Shown one piece after another: positions 57,967 through 64,000 of a DNA stretch of 64,000 bases; position 1 is the first letter of the stretch, and every line of letters starts with the position of its first letter. This stretch comes from an uncultured candidate division Zixibacteria bacterium. Its GTDB lineage: Bacteria > Zixibacteria > MSB-5A5 > GN15 > FEB-12. The translations under genes and the position numbers were made by a program. The stretch covers positions 1,632,001 through 1,696,000 of the forward strand of contig OY760907.1 in the NCBI GenBank assembly GCA_963664195.1. Reading direction: 5' to 3'. The notes beneath the pieces are model-generated. The model saw only the letters and a program-made list of their open reading frames with translations, was not told the origin of the DNA and did not search any database.

Positions 57967-58739
57967 TGTACGCTATTCTTGTTGATGTAACAAAATGCAC
58001 CGGCTGCGAGCGCTGTGTGACGGCCTGTCTGGAAGTCAACGAACTTGACGGCCGGCGTGCCGACAAAGACCGGCTCTCCAGCCGCGATGGTCTTTCAGCG
58101 AATCGTTTCATGGCCATTGACGACGTCGGCGATGGGCGGTTTGCCCGCCTGGCCTGTATGCATTGCGAAGATCCCAGTTGCGTGTCGGCCTGTCTCGTCG
58201 GCGGACTCACAAAATCCAAAGAGGGGCCGGTGGTGTACGATGACAGCAAGTGCATCGGTTGCCGCTATTGCATGTTGGCCTGCCCCTTCCATGTCCCACG
58301 GTACGAGTGGGATAAGACCGTGCCGCTGGTACGGAAGTGCGATATGTGTATCGACCGGCTCCGTGACGGCGAACTGCCGGGTTGTGTCGGCGCCTGCCCT
58401 AACGGTGCTCTAAAACTCGGGCAGCGTGGAGACCTTCTCAAGGAGGCACACGCAAGAATCGATGCCAACCCGGACGGATACATGCAACATATCTGGGGGG
58501 AACATGAGTTCGGTGGTACTTCGGTGCTCTATGTGTCGGATGTCGACCTGAACGAACTGGGTTGGTCCGAGGCGGTGGAGGCCGGGATTCCGTCGATCAC
58601 CACCCCGATGATCGAGAAGACACCGCTTATCGGCGGCGGGGTTGCGGTAGGATTGCTGGCGGTGAACTGGGTGATCCGTCGACGAATGAAACTGGCCGGT
58701 GAAGGGGCCGATGACCATAAATCAGGAGACGAGCACTGA
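57966..58739 (+). CDS. HmcB/HybA-like 4x[4Fe-4S] protein with C-terminal TM anchor and no Tat leader
   Basis: CTGCERCVTAC, CMHCEDPSCVSAC, CIGCRYCMLACP, KCDMC...CVGACP, GEHEFGGTSVLY, TM ending WVIRRR. Confidence 0.9.
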   Translation: MYAILVDVTKCTGCERCVTACLEVNELDGRRADKDRLSSRDGLSANRFMAIDDVGDGRFARLACMHCEDPSCVSACLVGGLTKSKEGPVVYDDSKCIGCRYCMLACPFHVPRYEWDKTVPLVRKCDMCIDRLRDGELPGCVGACPNGALKLGQRGDLLKEAHARIDANPDGYMQHIWGEHEFGGTSVLYVSDVDLNELGWSEAVEAGIPSITTPMIEKTPLIGGGVAVGLLAVNWVIRRRMKLAGEGADDHKSGDEH

Positions 58740-60700
58740 TGACAAGGAACACACGTCACATCAAAGACATATTCTGGATCATAGCCCTCTCCGGGCTGGT
58801 GGCAGCCGTGTTTCGTCTCTGGTTCGGTCTGGGCGCCACGACGAACCTCTCCGACGGTATGCCGTGGGGGCTGTGGAAAGTATTCAATATGGTGGCCGGT
58901 GTGGCTTTGTCCACGAGTGGCTTCACGGTCGGATTGCTGGTCTATGTGCTCAAACTTGAACGATTCCGACCGTACGTGAAACCGGCGATTCTAATCGCGT
59001 TCCTCGGTTACGGATGTTCCTGCACGGCGCTGCTCTTTGACATCGGTTTGCCGCAACGATTCTGGCATCCGATCCTCATGTGGAACCATCACTCTTTCTT
59101 GTTTGAAGTCTTCTGGTGTGTGCTGTTGTATTTCACCGTGACGTCAATCGAACTGTTGCCGGTGTTCATTGAACGGTTCCGTGCGGAGAAGATTGTCCGA
59201 TGGTTGCACCGGATTGCTTTCGGTGTGGTAGTGGTTGGCATCTCGCTTTCGAGCCTGCACCACTCGTCGCTGGGTTCGCTGTTTCTGGTAACACCGACCC
59301 GACTTCATGCTCTCTGGTATTCGAACATGCTGCCGTTCTTCTTTATCCTGTCGGCCATGGGAGCCGGCATGATGGTGGTCGTGCTGATGCGCATCCTGTA
59401 CGCGCGCTGGTATGATCCGGAGCCGGTGTTTGGGCCGGAGGCAGCGAACATCGATGGCCGTGTCTGCGTGATTTCCGATCCGTTGTCGGGCATCAAACCC
59501 ACCGTTGTTCACGGTACAGAGATGCCCAACCTCAGCAGGCTGGCGGTTATTGCAGCTTCCATCCTCGGCGTGTATCTGGTGCTGAAGATAGTCGATCTGT
59601 TCCAACTCGGTCTCTGGGAGACGCTGACCGCCGGAACATGGGAAAGCTGGCTATACGGTATTGAATTAGGTCTCACGGCCGTTCTTCCGATTATGCTGGT
59701 GGCGATTCGCAAGACGCGACAAAGCCCCGTTGCGCTCGGCGTCGCGGCATTCTCCGCTGCATTTGGTCTGGCGTTGAACCGTCTCGATGTCGGCATATTC
59801 GGTTACTTCCACGATGCCAAAGAACTCTACTTCCCCTCTCTTGCGGAATGGGCGGTCGGGCTTGGCGTAGTTGCGGCAGCCGGACTTGTCTTCCTGTACG
59901 TGGTGGAGCACTTTGCAATCTTCGATGATGGCTGGAAAGCCCGCAAGACCTTCCGTGAGTTGTTCCACGCCGATTTTGACTCGCTGTCTCACGTATGGAA
60001 CACGGCACTTGCCGACAGTTTGCATCGGGTCTCGCTCATAGGCGTATTTGTGATCCCCCTTGCGTTCGTCATGATGTACCCGGCCTTTTCATTACCCGAT
60101 CTGAGCGCCCTCCCGGTGCAACCATCGGCCGGAATCGACGCTGCCCGTGCGGTGCTGTGTATCGACGGTGACCGGGGAGGATTCTCGTGCAGTTTCCCGC
60201 ATGCTGAGCACCAGAAGCGGATGGGCGGTGACACCGGGTGTGTGAAGTGTCATCACGTCTCTCTTCCGAAAGACAACGCGACCTCCTGCTCGCGATGTCA
60301 CAAGCATATGGTCGAACCGAGCTCTATCTTCGACCACACGGGGCACTTCGCGTTCGTGGCGACACAGGAAAAACTGACCGGGTGGCATCCGGAGAATCGA
60401 AGCTGTGACGTCTGTCATAAGGCCGGTGAGGCGCGCGTCGCGTCGACCACCAAGTCCTGTCTGGCCTGTCATGAAAAGGACATCTGGCACCAGACGCCGC
60501 CGGACGAAGGGGATAATCTCGTCTACGCGTGCAGCTTCAGCGAGGCTATGCACGGAACGTGCATAGAGTGTCACAAGCAGGAATCGGTCAATGCTGGCAA
60601 GGAACTTCTGGCGGAATGTTCCACCTGCCACGCAGCCCGCAAGGGGAAGAGCACCCTGGTAGAAACGGCGGACGAACCGCAGATACTCTCTGCCCGATAA
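58739..60700 (+). CDS. NrfD/HmcC/HybB-like membrane subunit fused to a C-terminal hexaheme class III (c3-like) cytochrome
   Basis: GLGATTNLSDGMPWGLW, DIGLPQRFWHP, SFLFEVFWC, SLHHSSLGSL; then FPHAEH, CVKCHH, CSRCH, FDHTGH, CDVCH, CLACH, CIECH, CSTCH. Confidence 0.9.
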   Translation: MTRNTRHIKDIFWIIALSGLVAAVFRLWFGLGATTNLSDGMPWGLWKVFNMVAGVALSTSGFTVGLLVYVLKLERFRPYVKPAILIAFLGYGCSCTALLFDIGLPQRFWHPILMWNHHSFLFEVFWCVLLYFTVTSIELLPVFIERFRAEKIVRWLHRIAFGVVVVGISLSSLHHSSLGSLFLVTPTRLHALWYSNMLPFFFILSAMGAGMMVVVLMRILYARWYDPEPVFGPEAANIDGRVCVISDPLSGIKPTVVHGTEMPNLSRLAVIAASILGVYLVLKIVDLFQLGLWETLTAGTWESWLYGIELGLTAVLPIMLVAIRKTRQSPVALGVAAFSAAFGLALNRLDVGIFGYFHDAKELYFPSLAEWAVGLGVVAAAGLVFLYVVEHFAIFDDGWKARKTFRELFHADFDSLSHVWNTALADSLHRVSLIGVFVIPLAFVMMYPAFSLPDLSALPVQPSAGIDAARAVLCIDGDRGGFSCSFPHAEHQKRMGGDTGCVKCHHVSLPKDNATSCSRCHKHMVEPSSIFDHTGHFAFVATQEKLTGWHPENRSCDVCHKAGEARVASTTKSCLACHEKDIWHQTPPDEGDNLVYACSFSEAMHGTCIECHKQESVNAGKELLAECSTCHAARKGKSTLVETADEPQILSAR

Positions 60701-60727
60701 TGATTTAGCCCCCATGTCGGCTGTCTA

Positions 60728-60781
60728 AAAGCCCTCACAGGATCCGGAAAGAGACTCCGGGAACTGTGGGGGCTTTCTTTT
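60728..60781 (+). terminator. Rho-independent terminator
   Basis: Long stem AAAGCCCTCACAG...CTGTGGGGGCTTT followed by a T-rich tract. Confidence 0.65.
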
Positions 60782-60832
60782 GGTTGTATATAGGATAATA
60801 TAGATATTAGTACTCTACGTGAGGTGTATGGA

Positions 60833-61276
60833 ATGAAAACGATGAATACTCAGGAATTGAACAAGCGGCTTCAGACCGGCCCGCTGGCTTTGTTTGATGT
60901 CCGCGGTGACATTGCATACGAGATGAACCACATACCGGGAGCCAAGACGGCGCCGCTGGGATCGCTCGTATTTCGTGTGGCGGGGGTGATGAACCCGGAT
61001 TCTATGGTTGTCGTATATTCTGACGGCGGCGACTGCACGCTGGCGGCGCAGGCGGTGGAGCGTTTGGAAGGCCTTCGGATGAGCAACGTGTTCTGTTACG
61101 AAGACGGTCTCAAGGGATGGACCGAGGCGGGCCATGAAGTGATTGAATCGCAAAACGCCAGAGTACACACGAGGGGTCCCGTGATAGATTGCCGACCGAT
61201 CTTGGTGGATAGAGAGAACTCCTACGGCGGCGCGTTTAAAGGGAAACCCTCGAACGTAGAAGGCGCCGGCGGATGA
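60833..61276 (+). CDS. Rhodanese-like domain protein with C-terminal tail ending Gly-Gly
   Basis: LFDVR, HIPGA, VVVYSDGGDC, YEDGLKGW; tail ...NVEGAGG*; RBS GAGGTG. Confidence 0.85.
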   Translation: MKTMNTQELNKRLQTGPLALFDVRGDIAYEMNHIPGAKTAPLGSLVFRVAGVMNPDSMVVVYSDGGDCTLAAQAVERLEGLRMSNVFCYEDGLKGWTEAGHEVIESQNARVHTRGPVIDCRPILVDRENSYGGAFKGKPSNVEGAGG

Positions 61277-61319
61277 TCTGATGGATTGTTGAAGCCTGAA
61301 TAATACGGGCTGACAGACG

Positions 61320-61354
61320 AAGGTCCGGAGACGTACAACTCCGGGCCTTTTTTT
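61320..61354 (+). terminator. Rho-independent terminator
   Basis: AAGGTCCGGAG-loop-CTCCGGGCCTT followed by a T-run. Confidence 0.75.
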
Positions 61355-61370
61355 GTGCGCGTGCGTGTTA

Positions 61371-61399
61371 TTGACAGATCAGGCTATATTGGCTATCTT
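61371..61399 (+). promoter_or_regulatory. Sigma-70 promoter
   Basis: TTGACA-N17-TATCTT. Confidence 0.6.
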
Positions 61400-61466
61400 T
61401 GATGATCGTATGGGGGGGACAGCTCATGCGAGTAGACAGATGATCCCTGAGAGTTCGGAAGTTCCC

Positions 61467-61499
61467 CCCCTCCAAACAAGTTTGAAGGGGCCACCCGGA
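61467..61499 (-). repeat. REP element copy 1
   Basis: Minus strand (TCCGG)GTGG-CCCCTTCAAAC-TT-GTTTGGAGGGG; 33/33 identical to 62601-62633. Confidence 0.85.
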
Positions 61500-61570
61500 C
61501 TGGTAGTCTCACTAGTTGAGTGGTGCTGGGTGCTGTGTCAAAGTCGCATTAATGAAAGGAGAACCACAAA

Positions 61571-61951
61571 TTGACCGCTAGTAGAGAAACCCAAAAGGAT
61601 CTGTCTTTTCATCTCAGAAAGATACAGGATTCGCAAGTTCGTGCACTATACCGGGATGCCTACAAATACGCGGAGTCTGCCTTTGATGAGTTGGAGCTGA
61701 CGTTTAGTAGTGACTATGTATACTTTCGACGTGACGGAAGCTGGTTCGCCCGTTTGTACGCACAGAAGACCAAGATGGCGATCGACGTGAAGGGTGACTA
61801 TCCCGAGTATCCAACCCTGTCATCACTCAGGAAGGGATCTAAGTTCTCTCAGGGTGACGTCATCAACTTTCATGTCGAAGCAGAGTCATTGAAAGACGAT
61901 GTGCACAAGCTTGTGGACACAGCTTGGAATCGGGCCGTCAGAAAAGGGTGA
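61571..61951 (+). CDS. Small hypothetical protein, DUF5655/YjbR-like fold (passenger between REPs)
   Basis: RBS AAAGGAG with TTG; helix, YVYFRR...FARLYAQK strands, terminal helix LVDTAW. Confidence 0.6.
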   Translation: MTASRETQKDLSFHLRKIQDSQVRALYRDAYKYAESAFDELELTFSSDYVYFRRDGSWFARLYAQKTKMAIDVKGDYPEYPTLSSLRKGSKFSQGDVINFHVEAESLKDDVHKLVDTAWNRAVRKG

Positions 61952-62001
61952 TAATAGTTGAAAGCGGCATCAGACCTTTCACTCTTCGAGGTTAAATGTT
62001 T

Positions 62002-62031
62002 GGGTGGCCGGTTCAAACTTGTTTGGACCGG
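62002..62031 (+). repeat. REP element copy 2 (inverted, compensatory variant)
   Basis: GGGTGG-CCGGTTCAAAC-TT-GTTTGGACCGG. Confidence 0.85.
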
Positions 62032-62051
62032 ATCCAAGATTGGGGATTCGT

Positions 62052-62597
62052 ATGGGAGACCGGCAACAAGTTGATTCCCCGGGCCACGCACATGAGCTGA
62101 CATTCTCATGTTTTCGAAACCGTGACTTTTTGAGAGGTCGCCGGCACTGCGAGTATCTCTGCTCGGCAATTGAGGCAGCCAAAGCTCGCCACCGATTTCA
62201 TCTCTGGGCATACGTTTTTATGCCGAATCACGTTCATCTTCTGATCTATCCTACGTGCTCTGATTACAAGATTGGTGTGATCATGCAGAGCATGAAGCAG
62301 TCTGTCTCACGCCGGGCTATTAGAGATGCCCGGGAACTAGCAAACGAACGGTTGTTGCAGTTCGCTTCCGGTACGAAGAATCATCCGTATCGATTTTGGC
62401 AAAGCGGTGGTGGCTATGATAGGAATATCGTTAGCAAAGTAGCGGTCAGGGGGGCAATTGACTACATGCACAACAATCCTGTGAGGGCCGGACTGGTAGA
62501 CGCTGCTGAGGAATGGGAATGGTCAAGCTTCAGAGACCACGAGGGGCTGGGGAACGGGCCAATTGGAGTTGAACCAGAATTCTTGTCTTTGACGTAG
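62052..62597 (+). mobile_element. REP-associated tyrosine transposase (RAYT/TnpA-REP, IS200/IS605 HUH Y1 superfamily)
   Basis: HELTFSC, WAYVFMPNHVHLL (HUH), FWQSGGGYDRNI, YMHNNPVRAGLV, WEWSS; flanked by inverted REPs. Confidence 0.9.
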
Positions 62598-62600
62598 ATA

Positions 62601-62633
62601 CCCCTCCAAACAAGTTTGAAGGGGCCACCCGGA
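62601..62633 (-). repeat. REP element copy 3
   Basis: Starts 4 nt after the RAYT stop; identical to copy 1. Confidence 0.85.
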
Positions 62634-62665
62634 GTAGGAATCAGACTGCATAGAGTTGAAATGAA

Positions 62666-62695
62666 CGGCCCCTACAAGTAATCTTGAAGGGGCCG
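62666..62695. terminator. Hairpin between convergent genes (terminator or degenerate REP)
   Basis: CGGCCCCTACAAG-TAAT-CTTGAAGGGGCCG; shares TTGAAGGGGCC with the REP. Confidence 0.5.
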
Positions 62696-62730
62696 CTATC
62701 TACTCAATCTGAATCTAATGTATCAGACGC

Positions 62731-64000
62731 CTACTCCGCCAGCGCTGCCTCGAGCGTTCCGGCAAGCTCCTCGCCACGACAGGCTTCGCCCGTCGCATAC
62801 AGATTCCCGTCGCGACCAATCAAGAACGGAGCCGGGATACCGTTCACGAAATAACGTCCGGCGATCTCCGACTGCCAACCGTTACCTTCGTACACGTGAC
62901 GCCAGTTCAACCCGTTTTCCTTTGTGAACTTTCTGAGATCGTCAACCGATACCTGCTGTGAATAGTCTAGTGAGACTGAGAGAACTTCAAACCCGTCTTT
63001 GTGTCGCGCTTTGTAAGTTGCCGCAAGTCCCGGAAGTTCCTGACGGCACGGGCCGCACCAGGTCGCCCAAAAATCAAGCAAGAGTACCTTGCCAGCAAAG
63101 TCCGACAGCTTGACATCCTTACCGTCGACATCCTTGGCGTTCAGCTCAATTGGCCACAGAGCGCCGAGCGCTTCGTCCTGCATGCGGTTGCTCACGATCA
63201 TTTTCACCCAGCCGTTGTCCGCCGTGCCTTCGAGAGCAGCCTTAATGCGGTCGTCGAAAGTTGAGGCGTCGGCATCGCCTGCCAGCTCAAGGTCGTTGGC
63301 GAGAGCCAGGACAGCGCCCGCCTTTCCGAACTCACCCTCGCCGGAGATATTCTTCAGATACGTATTGGCTTTTTTCAGCGATTCGATGCGCAGTGCCGAT
63401 TCCGGCTCAAAAGTCCGTGCGGTCCAGGCAAACCCGGCCAGGAAGTTGGCGTGATCGGAGTTTTCCTGCGAAGGGGAGGTGGTCAGGTAATGGTCAGCTT
63501 CCTTGGTGACGCATTCCGTGGCTGGCCCCCAGGGGGAGTACGGCGATTGCAGTCGCGCCGCCGCCTGCACCCGTTCAAATCCATAGTCAAACGTGCTGTC
63601 GCCCTTCTTAAGATCACGGAGGCAGGCCAGGTAGCGCACGGTCTGATCGACATTAGCGGCCATGGTCTCGGATTCGTGCCAGATGTTGCCGTTGTAGCGC
63701 GCAACCGTGCCTACCGAGTCGCGCCAATGGCCGAGAGCTTCCTCGGAATCGAACGCCAGATCGGCGGTATCAAGTTCGGGCATACGGAAGGCAAACCCGG
63801 CCATTGCGGTCTCGCTGTTAGCGCGTGCCTTATCAACCAGGGCCTCGAATGCTTCGTCATCCTGAAGGATTCCGAGATCGGTGTCACCCTGGAGGGCATC
63901 GGTGGACTCCCAGCCGGAATCGACGAGCTTCTTGATTTCCTCGAGCGCTTTGTCTTTGTCGCCGGTACGACCGTAGGCACAGGCCATATGATAATGATTG
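62731..64000 (-). CDS. TPR-containing TlpA/ResA-like thiol-disulfide oxidoreductase (5' end outside window)
   Basis: GKVLLLDFWATWCGPC, VNGIPAPFLIGRDG; frame stays open to the window edge (NHYHMACAYG, TPR-like). Confidence 0.9.
   Translation of the reverse strand, partial: NHYHMACAYGRTGDKDKALEEIKKLVDSGWESTDALQGDTDLGILQDDEAFEALVDKARANSETAMAGFAFRMPELDTADLAFDSEEALGHWRDSVGTVARYNGNIWHESETMAANVDQTVRYLACLRDLKKGDSTFDYGFERVQAAARLQSPYSPWGPATECVTKEADHYLTTSPSQENSDHANFLAGFAWTARTFEPESALRIESLKKANTYLKNISGEGEFGKAGAVLALANDLELAGDADASTFDDRIKAALEGTADNGWVKMIVSNRMQDEALGALWPIELNAKDVDGKDVKLSDFAGKVLLLDFWATWCGPCRQELPGLAATYKARHKDGFEVLSVSLDYSQQVSVDDLRKFTKENGLNWRHVYEGNGWQSEIAGRYFVNGIPAPFLIGRDGNLYATGEACRGEELAGTLEAALAE

Noticed and set aside
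61467..62633. CRISPR repeats (33-bp identical palindromic repeats)
   Set aside because: Copies are 0.5-1.1 kb apart, one is inverted, there are no spacers or cas genes, and they flank a RAYT.
1..64000. tRNA, rRNA or known riboswitches in intergenic regions
   Set aside because: No cloverleaf, rRNA or riboswitch consensus recognised by eye; an Infernal/Rfam scan would be needed to exclude them fully.

Overview
This is a bacterial chromosome segment from an anaerobe. Two secreted proteins end in the same duplicated Cys-flanked dockerin-like domain, which suggests Candidatus Zixibacteria (inference). From left to right the window holds: (1) a glycoside hydrolase operon (GH29, DUF4838-type, GH3); (2) a 151-bp MITE with target-site duplication; (3) an outer-membrane barrel divergent from a multiheme cytochrome c that carries the dockerin-like tail; (4) NhaA; (5) a first signalling/anion-transport locus built on a cytidylate-kinase-like protein with TauE; (6) a stand-alone EF-G paralogue followed by a two-gene island bounded by ~43-bp direct repeats and REP-like hairpins; (7) a TamA-TamB-YihY-AsmA operon; (8) SemiSWEET, a caspase-like lipoprotein and a large TolB/FG-GAP/ASPIC surface protein; (9) several GNATs and pseudogenes; (10) a second cytidylate-kinase-like locus with SulP and an apparent phosphorelay, plus ClC; (11) a sigma-54-controlled divergent locus encoding an Hmc-like redox complex whose NrfD subunit is fused to a hexaheme cytochrome, followed by a rhodanese-like protein ending in Gly-Gly; (12) a RAYT transposase with three REP copies and a passenger gene; (13) a TPR-TlpA redoxin cut by the window end. 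I saw no rRNA, tRNA or CRISPR array. The best candidates for undescribed systems are the dockerin-displayed multiheme cytochrome, the compact Hmc-like/rhodanese module, the output-less phosphorelay-transporter modules, and the REP-bounded gene cassettes. All family calls come from motif recognition by eye, not from database searches.
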